From: Klebsormidium nitens
Taxonomy: Eukaryota > Plantae > Klebsormidiophyceae
Reading direction: 5' to 3'
NCBI GenBank assembly: GCA_000708835.1
Contig: DF236960.1
Coordinates: 214,982 to 278,981, forward strand
DNA: 64,000 nt
In this document: positions 50,078 through 63,400 of the stretch, in pieces
Numbering within the stretch: position 1 is the stretch's first letter
How the letters are laid out: each line of letters opens with the position of its first letter
Made by a program: the position numbers and the translations under genes
The notes under the pieces: generated by a model
Database searches by the model: none
The model's input: only the letters and a program-made list of their open reading frames with translations
What the model was told of the DNA's origin: nothing

Positions 50078-53000
50078 CTAAGCCGGCCGGAAATAGGTGC
50101 TGATCGTCATAATTCCTTCTCTACTGACCCACTTCGACTTGAGAAGCTCTTCGACGGTCAGCCCATCAAAGGCATCCCCCCTGCCCCACCCTTCGTCTAT
50201 TTCTTTGAACGTTTGCGCATGCATTGGATCCACTTGGACTCTCCACCCCGACGGCCAAACTTTGACCCCCAGATCGAACCGCATCTCCCTCTCCCAATCC
50301 GGTTCGTCCACGTGGATCGTGCTCGTCGGATTCAAAAACACCCCAACCTTTTCGTCCTCGCCCTCGGGGTCCATGACTTGCACCCGCAACTGCCAGAACG
50401 TACCCCGGACATCTAGACCGACGTCAGAGTACACGTCGGTGTTTTCTCTCAGTTGCGACGCTAGGAAAGGAAACTCCAGAAAGTTGTGGAACGAGGAGAC
50501 CCTCTCCCGTTCCCGGAACTGAGCTTTTCCGCCGGATTCCGCCGCTGCGCGCGCCTTCTCTTCGTCCGTCATCGACCGGAACCACACTGCGTCCATTACA
50601 ATCTCCTTCGAGAGTTGCATTAAATCCAGACCGATCATTGCCCGGAGCTTCTCCCCGCCTATCATCCGATAGCGTATGTGCTTCGACAGGTCTGACATCA
50701 CGTGCGCTTTTCTTTCCGTACCTCCGGGCATGTGGCTAACCCATCTCAAAACGCCGTCGAACATCTCAGCCTCACTCGGCGCCTCTAGTAGTTCCGAATG
50801 GAGCAGAAAGGCGACCGTGGCCCGTGACAGGGCCAGGAATTCGTCGCCCTTCCACGTTGCTGCCACGTCCTGGAAGTGAGTCAACAGGATGCACTTAACC
50901 CGCATCAAAAACTGGCTAACCCCTTCGTGCCTAACCAGAAAAGCGTGCTCTTCCAACATATTCAAAGCGCCGTCGCAGAAGGACACGGTCAAGTCGGACA
51001 ATTTGAGAGAAACCAGCGAGGCGGCGACAGCTGTCACAAAGGAAGAACACTGGTACTTGTCGCCAATGAGGAGTTGCTTGAGGAGAACGTCGCTGTTGGG
51101 GACGGGTTCCGGCGGAAGTGCTCCGGAGTACATGAAGCGGAGCATCGTCACGATTGCAGCCTCGTCTGCACAGGAAGAAGTTTGCAAGGTGAGGAGTCGA
51201 GCAAGAAGAAGCTTTGGTTCTGTGCAGTTGTTGTCACTTTGTGTTTCCGATAGTTGGTGCAAAGGAGCTCCCCCGAAGGGTACTCTCAAGCCTCGCGCGA
51301 ACGAAGATTTGTAACGCATAAGAAGCCTGTCCTGAGAATGATAAAGTGGCAACTTGTTTCAATCATCTGCTTCTGAACAGCCGCCAATTATCCGATCCGG
51401 TGCAATCCACTTATTTTCAGAGCCTTCTGCGCACGCGTCCCTTTTATTATGAACCACGCTTTCGTGGCTCAACATGTTGTGGCTCGGTTTCCCGAACGCC
51501 AGACTTCCAAGAAGAGAAGACTGTCAAGCCAGAAGCGCCAAGTGCAAAATTGATTCCGTAGCCCCTGTTCCGAAAACCAATAGGCGTGGCCAGATTCTGA
51601 GGGATAAATCTAGTATTGGAATGCCTGCGTACCGTCCTTGACGATCCTGAGCACAATCACTGGCTTTTGTCACCAGACATACACTATCGACAATCCAATC
51701 TCGAGAACCTGGAACCCACAATTCCGAGCGACAATTCGCGAACCACAAAAAGCGACTACAAACCCTGAAATCTCAGAGGACGGACTTCGAAGATTGCAGG
51801 CAGACCGCCACTTGCAATTTTGAGCCCAATGGTGGCCTTACTCAACCCGTACTTCCACATCCAGAAACCTCATCCTAAGGGTCCAAATCTCAGAGTACTA
51901 GGTGAATTGTAACCGTAAGCTGGGACTCACAGAAGTGCGACTCTGAAACGAGATCTTGGAGAAGAAAGGCGTACCATCCTTGGCTATTTTCAAAGTTAAT
52001 GGTGGGCTTGTCACGCAGAATTCGCCCACCTCAACCGGATGCCGAGGCTTTTCAAAATAGAAATTTAAACTGGGCACAAATAACGGAAGAGGAAAGTCGG
52101 TCTAACAGCAGGCGTACCATCCTTGGCAATCTTGAGCACGATCGTGGGTTTGTCCCGCCCAGCCTCGCGCATCCCGCTTAGGAGCATCGTACGGAAGAAG
52201 TCGCTACGGGCCGCCAGAATGAGGCTGTTCACTTTGATGTCACGACCGGGCGTCGTCGCACTTCTGGTCGACCCCTCTGCACAAAGTTGGGGTTCAAAGC
52301 CCGTCAGCATCGGTTTGGGGATAACCCAGTCAGCATAGTTTCTTAGAAACCTCGGCAGCCTCGGTTGGGTGACTCTATAAGCACTGATTTCGCCTTTCCA
52401 TCTCATCGAGGGGTTCTTGATGTCGTCAAGCTCTGGTCTGGTTTCTGGTGGACCCCTTTTTAAAGAATGAAAAAGATTGTGCCGATCATAAACACCACTT
52501 TCCTCTTATTGGTTGTGCTCTGAGTTCAGCTGTTGCACGCTGAAGCGACCACGCAGACTCGGAATGACAGTGCTCCTCCTGGGAAGCCAGAGAACCTGAT
52601 CAGGAAAGGGGTTGAACATCGAAAAGCCGCCCATCTACGTCGAATCCCCACTCTCAAAAGGCCCAGTTATGCTTACCAATCACAGACCCGGATAACAACG
52701 TGGGTTATAGCTTGTGAACCTGGTTATGAAGCCGGCCAAAGTCCACCGCAGGTTAGGGGGTAGTGAAGACTGAGTGATGAATCCTGGTTAGAAAGATGGT
52801 TATAGTAACCCACCTGACTCGCGGTCGTCTCTGCCGCCCTCCAGCTTCCGCCGTGAGCGGCGCGTTTCGTACACCTGGCGGCCGGAACCTTCTGGCTCGC
52901 CAGCGTCTGTGGCAGAACAGAAGGGGCACACCATCAGCTTCAATGTTGTTGAATGGTGGTGTGACTTGTTGGTTTTGGATCAGTTTCTAGATAGGCTCCA

Positions 53001-53848
53001 TGTTTCCGGACTCGCTCAATTCTCAAAGGTTTTGAACACCTGGCGGCCAGACATTCTGGCTCGCCCGCAACTTGCGAGGGGCATGCAGTCAGCTTGAAAG
53101 GCAGTTGATGGCTTGATTGCTTCAAACAAGCTTTGAAGTTCTCTGCATTATCTCAAACGGCCTTAGTCTTGTCAAATTTGACAATCCTGTTGCCCCCATT
53201 TTCAAGCAGGCCCGCTCAACGAAACTGTCTCTACACTGTCCCTATTCTCCAGGTGTCATCTAATCTTGGGACATATAGTGAAATTCAAAGCAATCGATGC
53301 TGTCACTTCGGGCTGAGAAAGCTTAGGAGACTGGAGCAAAGAGACATCAGGGTTGAGCAATTGCTTGGAAAAGAATAAAGGAACAAGTTGAAGGGAGTGA
53401 GTGCTTCCATCAGCTCTTTCAATCTGCCTGTGTAAGACCAAGTTGCGCCTAACACTTTAACATTCAAGACTATTTATACATAACCAAATGAACTTTCTTC
53501 TTGGCATGAGTCAGTTGGGAAGAAGCAGTCAGAAGTGAGCTAGGAGCAAAGAAACAAGGCAGAAAACGACCATCACCAGCAGATGTGAAATGCAACTGCA
53601 GGATCTATTTGCTGAACACCTCGATATCAAATGCAAGTACGAGAAAACAAACAGAATGTAAGCAGGAAAGAGTAGTGAAAAGACAGGGGCAAGGGAAGAG
53701 CCGGCAGCCGCCCACCTGTATCTTCAAACTGCAAGCGCAGGATGCGGTCGCTGAACTCCTCTGTATCAAAGCCAAAGTCGAAGCTGGGCGGTCCGGAAGC
53801 AGCGGTTTCCCGGGCCCAGTCTTCGGGCAGCTCCGATGCGATTGTCAT
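50078..53848 (-). CDS. BTB/POZ-BACK protein, LRB/POB1-like, with MATH-like C-terminus (459 aa)
   Basis: Exons 53848-53716, 52276-52118, 51165-50078 (phase 1; 1380 nt). Contains SFDFGFDTEEFSDRILRLQF, IKVNSLILAARSDFFRTMLLSGMRE, DEAAIVTMLRFMYS, LLIGDKYQ, LLHSELLEAPSEAEMFDGVLRW, matching the plant LRB/POB1 BTB-BACK pattern. Confidence 0.85.
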
Positions 53849-55564
53849 TTCACCAGCACAAGAAGAACCCCCTCAACAAGTTCTGCCAAAAGTCAATGGC
53901 ACAGTTTCCTCAATGGTGTCACCGCGCAAGGCCGTATTGCTTCATAGAGAATGCAAGCTGGACGATGGTATGTTTCACAATTCCATTAATATGCTACCGA
54001 CAATGCAGCGTTGGCAGCTTCATCAGAGGCGCTGGCAGCAATTTGCTTTCTGCAAAGAGTGCCAACCCCAATGTACCACATTGATTCAGCTTGTCTCTGA
54101 CAGTTGCTAGCACGCTACACGCTTGCTACACGCTAACGCCTTATCAGTGCAATTCAGTCTTCCTGCACAGGAAAGCCTTTGCAAGCCCAATGCGCCAAAT
54201 GCGCCTCATGGCCTGCTGGACATGGACCTTCTGTTGTCCTCGGAAGTGAAAGCGCAACCCTTGATTGAGCTCAGTTCGGCGCAGCAGCTAGAACCTTCAA
54301 GGCTTGCGGGGCCTGGCATTTGCGGCGGCGGCCGCCCGGCCCACGGATGCGGTCGCCGGCCGCGCTTCGACCCCCCGGACCGCGCGCGGCCGCTCGATCG
54401 GCTGCGGCCGCCACCTTCGTTCGTTTGTGTGCAGCTAGGCGGCAGCGTTTCATCTTCTCGTGATGGTTGTGCCTCAAGCCGGACGCTTTGCAGCTTCGCT
54501 CGTACCACTTATTTGCAAACATAGTAGCAACTCATCAACTCAGCAATTTACTCTGAGGTAAATTTTTGAATTCGATTTGAAAGGCGCACTTCCTTGCGCT
54601 CGAGATACACGCCCGACACACGCGCATATTGAAGTCGATATGTTTCTTATCTCGTGAGGCCTTTTCATCAGTATCCGTCCTCCAAAGCCATTAATTCATA
54701 TGTGCGACGAGCCGAAATGACATAAGGTAAGATGGAGCAAGCCAGGCACATCTGGATGATTGGCAAGTGATTACATCAAAGGTCGATCCATGGTGGTATG
54801 ATCATGGCCGTATCGATGTCTTGGTGGCAGGAACGTAATGGCTGACAATCTCAATTCCAATGGCGGCTGATGAAATGCATTTTTTGTGGGCCTCTGCTTA
54901 TATCGGCTGATTGTGTCGAAGAATCTCTGTAGCGGCTTGGGGGCGAGTATATGCTTTGTTGTCGACGTATTGACATGTTGAGTCGGGCCTCGTTGAGATT
55001 TACGAACATGCCTTTCCTTCAATAAGGAAAATGGGCTGCTGCGCTGTGCTGCTTTCAGCTCACCAGGAACAACGCGTATGGTGCTCTACACAATCATTAC
55101 TCAACCGCAAGTTGTTCCTCGATCAGTATCGCCTATCTCCGGAATCACCTTCCAGGAGTCATCGTAAGTATTTATCAGAGTTCCCACGCACACATGAAGA
55201 ATCTGTTTGAATATGCAACATTCGAATTCGTTTGATGCATATCGTTTGAGTATGATGCGTAGTCCTGATCTGATTTGCAAACTCCAGTTGATTTTGATGC
55301 TCTCATAGCATGCCCAATCTTAGTCAGGCATACGGTACTGTTCTCTAGCACGACGTTCCTGGCCGACTCCAAACTGAGATCCAAGCCTAACTATATTTGG
55401 GCTGGCATGCGTAACTTGTACCCAAAAATACCTCTTTCTCCACCATATTCGGGAGAAATGTTACATAAGACCCATCGAAAAAGCAAAGCACTCAGCCATA
55501 ATCAAGGCCTCGAGAGACCGAGGGACAGTTGCTTACTCCAAAGCGAGTCCTATTTATAACGACA

Positions 55565-56676
55565 TCACGCCTTGAGTCGCCAGTTGATGAAATAGAAGTC
55601 AGAAACCAAAGCCGCAATAGCGAGGACAATCAACAAAGGGACCCACTTGTCGTCGTCTAAGCCTGCCAAACTAGTGTGGCGTTTCTGCTCCTGCTTATCG
55701 CTTTCACAAACCTGCCACCGTGAAGGATGAAGTGAGTGCCAGTGTGTACTCAGATGAGTTCTCTTTATTGGAAGGAAAAATAATGGGAGAAAGACTTATT
55801 CTGCAGTAGTGAAGAAAAGCGCATCTTGTTTCGGACTCAGAAAGAAACGGAGGACGTCGGAATACCAACCCCTTTTTCCATTTGCCCAAGGTCAAACCAT
55901 CACGATGACAATTTGAATCACCAAGAAAACCCTTTGATTGTACGAATGGCGCACACTGATCCGATGCGGATATATTAAAGCCATGTAACTTGAATCCGTG
56001 GGCATTCTCACCTTCAGGTGCACATGCGTTTGCTGCTTGTCAATCTTCTGTGCTTTATCGTCATCTTTATTTCTGGCTTTACTCTCATTCGCTGGTCTTG
56101 TCGTTGATTTGGGCTTTCTTCTTGCGTGACACAGAACCTGCATCGCAGATTTAGAGATTGATAGATGTGCAAAACAACTAGCAAACTTAATCCATTATGC
56201 CACGAGTCAGGCTGTCACAGTCCAGCCAGCAGAATCGGGCAAAAAACTCCGCAGCTTTTTACAAAAACAGCACCGTTTTACCATTCCAAAGTGCAGGGAC
56301 AATATGCAAAGTCAGTCTGAGATCTCACTTTCAAAGTGATCCCTTCAAAAGCTGTCTTCTGTTGATTGTTCCTTAGAAAAGACGAGGGTGCCTGGGAAAG
56401 ACAGTAAACAGTAGAGTTAGCGCGCGGTTTGTCGAGACGAGCTGTGATTCATTCGGATGCAGCTGCAATGAAAAGGATTGCACTGTGACTTGTCTACCAA
56501 AAATGTTCAGGAGAGGAGGAAGATTCTCATAATCATAGTCAGTAACTTACTATGTCGAAGCAGCTTCCCTTTAATGCCTTGCCAAAGCTGTCATGATTTT
56601 GCAAATCACGTGCAGCCAAAGGAGAGAAGCCGTAAAAATGCGCTGTCTGCAATGCCATGTGACTGATTCCCGCCAT
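55565..56676 (-). CDS. Small hypothetical protein with C-terminal TM helix (132 aa)
   Basis: Exons 56676-56551, 56137-56012, 55711-55565(TGA), all phase 0 with strong donors (GTAAGT, GTGAGA). Ends DDDKWVPLLIVLAIAALVSDFYFINWRLKA*. Confidence 0.55.
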
Positions 56677-57049
56677 ATTGAAGGCCCCCACAGCACCCAA
56701 GCTCAACTACTTTGAACGTTCTGTCCGGGTTGACCTGAACTTTGGGTCTAGATTGCTGCTTCTGACGCTTCCATCATTCCATGGTCTGCGCACGGGCTGC
56801 GGTCCACGTGAGTTACGGTGACCAATAGGGGACCAATATGACGAACTTTCCGGAACTTTTTTCACTGCATGAATTCTCAAGCTTGAAGAATGGAAAGCTG
56901 AAAACGTCTGGCTCCCAACGAGTGAACGAGCATGCAGGCGCATTCTGAGCAAATTGACAAGCGACCTACCGCACCTGATCATGGAACCTATCAATATAGC
57001 AGCCCTGACAAGCTAGGTGTTAACATGCTGCGCCTTTTAGAAAGGCTGA

Positions 57050-57220
57050 TGAGCTTGTCGTCACGTCGCGCGGCCTCGCCAGGATCGCGCTCGCGTCCGA
57101 TCGACGGCCCGGCCGGCAGCCGCGCCTGCCGCCTCAGTGCAGGCTGGTTTTTTCGGAGGTTTGGGAAAGGGTTTGGTTGCATGGGGCGCGCCGTGCCCGC
57201 GGGGAGTACATTTGGGTTGA
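57050..57220. promoter_or_regulatory. GC/CpG-rich island between divergent genes
   Basis: Dense CGCG/GGCC tract between the minus-strand TM gene (ATG 56676) and the plus-strand hydrolase (ATG 57487). Similar islands occur at 27330-27420, 36650-37060 and 54300-54420. Confidence 0.45.
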
Positions 57221-57486
57221 CTGTTTGGGTTAGAAGGCTGCCTAATACTGATTAGAGGTTCTTCTAACCAACTATGTATTTGAGGTCCTTGAGGAGATCG
57301 TTAGAGATAATCGGGCCCTGGTGACGGCTTTGGTACTGAACCTTCTTTCCGCAGCAGTGACGAGGACTCTAGTCTCTAGCTTAGTCTTATTAGTAGTACT
57401 ACTAGCTAGCTGTGCTCTTGGAAGTTGAAGTTGAAAATGAATGCAAGGGACAAGGAAGGAGAGTTGAATAAGAAGGCGGTGTTCAA

Positions 57487-60400
57487 ATGAGCAGCATTCA
57501 TGTTCAGCAAGCTTTCCGCAGCGTTGGTGAGGCTGGATCTAACACTGCAAGCTGTGAGTTACTTCGTAGGGAAAAACCCTGCGGCCAGTTCGCATCTCCT
57601 CCTCGGCACATTAGCTCTGCATTGCTGACTGCTCACATTTCACGAGCGCCCACAAAATCCAAGCTTATTAGCGCCCCAATCATTGAAAGCTTATGCGGCT
57701 GTAGAGGTCTCAGATTGCCCGTTGGTCCAGCAGGGGGACCAAGATTTACAAAAGCGTCTGGCAGAGGTTTACTTAGAATCAGCTCTGAAGTTGAGCAGAA
57801 AGCATCCAAGGTTTCTGAAGGGAGTTGCTGCGAGACGATGGAGGGCATTGAGGAACTCTTTGTAAGTCTTTCAAAGTTTCTGCTTCGTGCTTCCAAGCCA
57901 AGTGACTCCCATCTGATGGATGGAACTCAGGACAGCTGTGCAATGCCAGGGCAGTCTGTCATTGCTCTACTTTTTGTGATGGAAAATTGGGGGCTGAGCT
58001 ATGAAGGCAGGTCGAAAAAGTGCAGATTTTCTCTTTGAGATCTGGTAGACAATGTTGGGCTGATCAGAACCCCATATGACAGCAAACTTAGTTGAATGAT
58101 AGAGGCAGAGTCAGGAACGAAAGGGGTGACACGTACGAAGCGTGGGCTTTCTAGGCCAAGTTCAAGTGAATGATGGGGCAACAGCAAACAGATTCAGGCA
58201 TAGACAGCGATTGATCTTCTTCTGGTTGCTTCTTACGTTCAGATCTTTTGGTGCCCATGTTACGGTACCAATAAACCACCAAGGACTTGAGATGCTAATC
58301 GGCCCAGTTTACTTGGGGGGATTGAGAAACTTGGAGGGACCTGGTCGGCACTTGACACTCTTGAGAAACTGAACGGCTTCGGATATAATGCTCTCCTCTC
58401 CGGGTTCCGGCTTTTAAGACAGTTCTTTGTTCTGCACGGTTTTCCCGTGGAAGACGAGCCTTCCTGGGAAAGCTTTTGACAAAGGAAAGCTTGTGAATCG
58501 TGCCAAGCGCTGATCCTCCCTTAAACATCAGTTGATCTTGCGAAGGATGTAATGGGCCGGACACCCCTTGTGTTGAACGGTCCAGAAGTGATGGAAACTC
58601 ACCGGATCAGGGTGACTCTTAAAGATAAGAAGCTGTGAAGTACAGCAGATCAAAACTATAACCAGTTTGAAGACCCCTCACAGTGTGCTTTTCACTCTTG
58701 CAGAAAGAACGACTTGTGGATACTACGGAAGGTACGCGCTTCTTGCGATGCCCATTTCTCCATGGAAAAGCCTCTATATTTTGGCTTTTTTCCGTAAGGG
58801 TCTGGTCTGGGAAGCCCTTGGAAGTTCGGTTTGGAACAGGAAAGGAAGAAGAGGATGTAGTGACAGCAAATACTTGACTCTGGGGCAACTCTTACATCAT
58901 TACTAGACAATCTAGAGGAGCTCACTTTTCTTGCACTCGCTATTTTGAATCGTCCTGCATTACGGGATGTCTTATGGCTTCCTTGAAAAGAGTACGCTTG
59001 TGACTCATCTCGGCTAGATTTCAGTGAAGTTCTTGAGAGCAGTGATCTATCTAGCCTATTGCGGGCCAGTCTTATCTCACTTGCAAGTGCCCCTCTCGCC
59101 GGCCATGGTTTCTGAAATACTGCCTATCTTAAACCTTTTGCGATATGTGAGGACACGTTGCATAGGTTTCATGTTGCAGTAGTAGAGAAGTAGAAATGCC
59201 GTACATACATGATGTGGCCACAGCCCACAAGAAGGGAATCTGCGCGCATGTCTAGTTGCCGCAGCCATCAGAATTTTTTCGATAGCAACAAGTTGAAGCT
59301 GTCACCCTCCTTCTGAAAAACTACTTTCTGCCTGGAAAAGTCTTCGTCCTGTAAGCAAAGAATATATATTCCTGTCGTATGTTGGTAGATCGTCGATACT
59401 TTCGAACTGCAGTTTTTGATGCAGGCCCTTTTCACGTGCTGCCAAGCCACCAAACCATTGTCAGGATTTTCCCCCACCTGGAATACAACTTGACAAGAAG
59501 CAGAAGACTGTCTTTACTGCACTTCTGATGGATCAAAAACGCCCCTTTCTGTTCTTCAAGTCCAACCGTTGATTGCAGGCCAGATTACGTGCTCCCAAAG
59601 CATCAAAGTCTTCACGAGCACCTGGGATCCTTCTTCCCGTATGCTCCCGTCTGAATTACCGCACACCAAGAAAACCAAACGCTGCTTCATCAACTGTCTC
59701 CACAGCGCAGCGAAAATCTCCTGAGACCGATCCTTTTCCTGCAGGCCACTTTACATGCTCTCGAGGTGTCAAACTGTTCACGCGCACCAAGCACAAAGAA
59801 TAGCGAGTCGTTTTCTGTTTGCTTCTCACCGCCGTTTCAGACTCGGACTGAGAACGGCCATTTGCCTGCAGGGCACTTTACGTGCTCCCGCGGCGTCAAA
59901 CTGTTCACGCGCACATGGACGCCCTCCAAGCAGAAGCCCAAGGCGCTCGTCTGCATACTGCACGGGTTTGGGAGCAACATCAGTTGGCTCGCCCAAAGTG
60001 AGACCGTCGATTCAAAATCTGAGCTTCTCATATCTGCGAACCACATGCTTCGACGTTTCTTGTTCTGGTATGTTGAGACACGGAGAGTTGGCGGGTTTAG
60101 GAGCAACATCAGTTGGCTCGCCCAAAGTGAGACCGTTGATTCGACAGTTTAGCTTCTCATGTCTGCGCGTCACATGCTTCCACGTGTTTGGGAACCACGG
60201 GTCCTGTTATGCTGAAGGGATTGGCGAGTTTGGCAGCAACATGACTTGTCCCGCCCAAAGTAAGCCCCTCCGTTCACCTTAAAAGTCGGCTCGGTCAGAC
60301 TTTCACTGCCTTTTTAGGAGATCGATTGTTGTTGACCATGACCCACAACTATGAGGCACCCCAAACCCTGGCTAGGGGAATATATGGATCCCGTATTTTC

Positions 60401-63400
60401 CCAGAAAGACCACCCTCCTGTTGGTCAATGCTGGCTATGCCGTCGCGCACTCGATGCCCAGGGCTTCGGACATTCAGACGAACGTACGCGGTAATGTGAC
60501 TTGATTGTGCACTATCTGGAAAGTCGATGCGAATCCAACTTTCACAGAGCTCGCCCCGCTTTCTCCAGAGAGACTGCCCTCTTGGTTATCGCCGTTGGCG
60601 GCGTCCTTGCGCGCCTCAAGGCTCATTGTCTCGAACGCTGAGACAGCGGCTTAGCCTCAAGTATCTCCGCGTCGGACGCCCGCTAATAGTCTACTGGCTC
60701 GCAAATTGCCAGAGGTGCGAAAAGGGGGAAAAACAATTGGTGTGCAGAGACTGCCCAAGGATTTGGACGCTTGGACGCTTGGACTGCCATGTCTAAACTT
60801 CCGTCTTAAGCCCGCTTCATCCCTCGATCATGTTGCGAACTCCACTCCGAGCCTGCTTATCTGCCAGAGGCCGCCCTCTTCTTTAGCGATGCCGGGTACT
60901 AAATTGTGGGCATCGACCACCGGGGCTTCGGACGCGCGGACGATTTGGACCCGATCTCGGGGACCTCGTTCTGGATGGCCAAAAGTATGAATCACCACTT
61001 TACAAAACGAGGTTATCTGCTTCGCACTTGATTCCACTATCTTCTGCCGCAGAGACTGCCCTTAGCTTCAACGACGCCGGACGCGGGCATGAACGCCGAG
61101 GGCTTCGGACGGTCGGACGGATTGAACGGCTACATTCCCAACTTCGATCACCTGAGTTCGGACGTTAATAACTGCTTCGCTCCCGAAAACTAACTAAGCG
61201 GCTTTCTTTCGCAGAGACCGCCCTTTTGTTCACCGATGCCGGCTACGCTGTTGCGGACCTTGACGCCCGGCTTCGGACGCTTGGACGGACTGGACTTAAA
61301 TCCAAGGACCTCTACATGCCCAAAAGTGTCTTCGATTAAGGTGATCTGCTTCTTACTTGGTTACGGTATCCTTCGCTGCAGAGACCGCCCTTTTATTCAC
61401 CGATGCCGGCTATGCCGTTGCGGGTCTTGACGCCCAAGGGTTCGGACGCTCGGACGGTCTGGACGGCTACATCCCCGACTTCGACCACCTGGTTTCGGAC
61501 GCCCGCGAGTACTTCGGCACGGTCCGAAAGTTGGATCGATTCCAGGAGTTGCCCGCGTTCTTGTACGGGGAGTCGATGGGGGGGGCAAGTGCGCTGCTGC
61601 TGAGCTTGGACGAGCCGGGGGAGTGGGCGGGTGCGATCCTGTCTGCGCCGATGGTGAAGGTGGGTTAAGACATTTTGGTTTGAAGCATATGAATCCTCGA
61701 CTTTCTATTGTTTCTAAGTTTGGAATATCGTGTTGTGGAGAGTTGGTGGAGGGGGCAAGTGCGCTGCTTCTGAACTTGGACGAGCCGGGGGAGTGGGTGG
61801 GTGCGATCCTGTCAGCGCCGATGGGTAAGGTGGGTTGAGAGTTTTGGGTTTGAAGTTTGTGAGTCTTTGCTTTCGGAGTCTATAAGGTTTAGAATTTGAG
61901 GAGAGGTTAAGGGGGGCGCTAGCGCGCTGCTGCCGAGTTCGGACGAGCCGGGAGAATGGGCGGGTGCAATCTTATCAGCGCCGATGAGTAAGGTGGGTTT
62001 CGGAGGTTAAGAACTTTGGGTTCTCAAAGTAGGGTTCTGTGGTACGAAAACAGAGTGGGAGCGCCCATGCGGTGCTGCCGACTTTGGATGAGCCAGGGGA
62101 GAAGGAAGGTGCGATCTTGCCGCCGCCGATGGTCAAGGTAGGTCTTGAAGGTCGACGTCTGCGTTTAGTCAAATTGCGCTTTGCGAGGTTTCTGAATTCT
62201 GGAGTCATCGGGTTGTCTGCCGCGATAATGTAAATGGGGAGCGGCAGTGCGGTGCTGCTGAGCCTGTAGAAGTTGATAGAGGGGGCGTTCGCGGTGCTGT
62301 CTGTGACAAGTGTCAGGATGGGTTCTCTAATAAGGGCTTGAGAATGTCACGAATTTGCGGATCCGGCAATTCTCTGCTGGTCCGCTTTAACCAGCTTAAG
62401 GGTTTTATTATATCGGCCCTTCGACAACCTAGGAATTGGCGCTGGGCTGTGCGCAGACGGACAAGGTGAGCTCCCGGGTTGCGGGCTTTTGTGGCTTGAA
62501 TGTTCATAACTTCCAGTCTTGGACTCGCGTTACTTCTGGCCGCGATGGCTCCGCTGCAGCTCTTTACAAAAAACTTGCCGCCCCCATTTGAAGTTCCTGG
62601 GGTGGGCTTTCCCAACCTTGAATCGTCGGATGCTGTTTCCTTGTCGGTCTTACGGTCAGGATCGGTAAGCATAGTCCGGGCAGTTGGAATCCGATGGCAA
62701 GTCTGACGCAAACAGCTGTACTCAGCCTACACAAAGCCTCGGAGCCGTTTAAGGCCAATCTGTGCGCGCCAATGGTTACCTGAGCTAGTCTTCGATCGTC
62801 GAAGCTGGGAATCGAACCCAAATCCGGTCGCTTTTGTGACGTCGAAAGCAGCGGTTTGGCAACATGATGTTTGAAGGTCGGTAAGCCTCAAGGTTCTGAA
62901 AGCCCTTTTTGTCTCTTACAGATTCTGGACAAGTACCGGCCCCCGTGGATCGTTGAGCAGCTCGGGCTCCTGTTGGTCCACGTCATCCCCACGTGGCCCA
63001 TCGTTCCGGTCCGCAACCGGGTCGACAACTCCTTCCGGGATCCGGCCAAGTGCGAATTGGTGAGCCGGTTTCAAGGCCGCATATGTTGCTCCTGTAAAGG
63101 GCACCTGAATGGATAAAAAGGTTAGCGAAAGGTTTGTAGTACGTGGAGTTCTATAAAGGAAGGTTCAAACTTTGCTTTTCCTGAAGTCAGTTCCAAGTCG
63201 CTCTTTCGACTGTGCTTGGAGAACTCTGTTCGAGCTCCCGAGCTTTCTGTGCAGCAAGGAGCGTACGTTTACTTTGAGCAAGCCGGGGCTCGAGAGCGCA
63301 CGAACAATACGCCTTTTTATCATGCACCTTAACCTAGACTTATTTCAGGATTCTCACAGCAACTCTACTTGCAAATAATTTGAAGTCAAGATGGCGTCGA

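Noticed and set aside
60400-62310. Regularly spaced repeats resembling a CRISPR array
   Set aside because: The units are degenerate copies of eukaryotic exon edges of variable length, with no conserved palindromic repeat and no cas genes.
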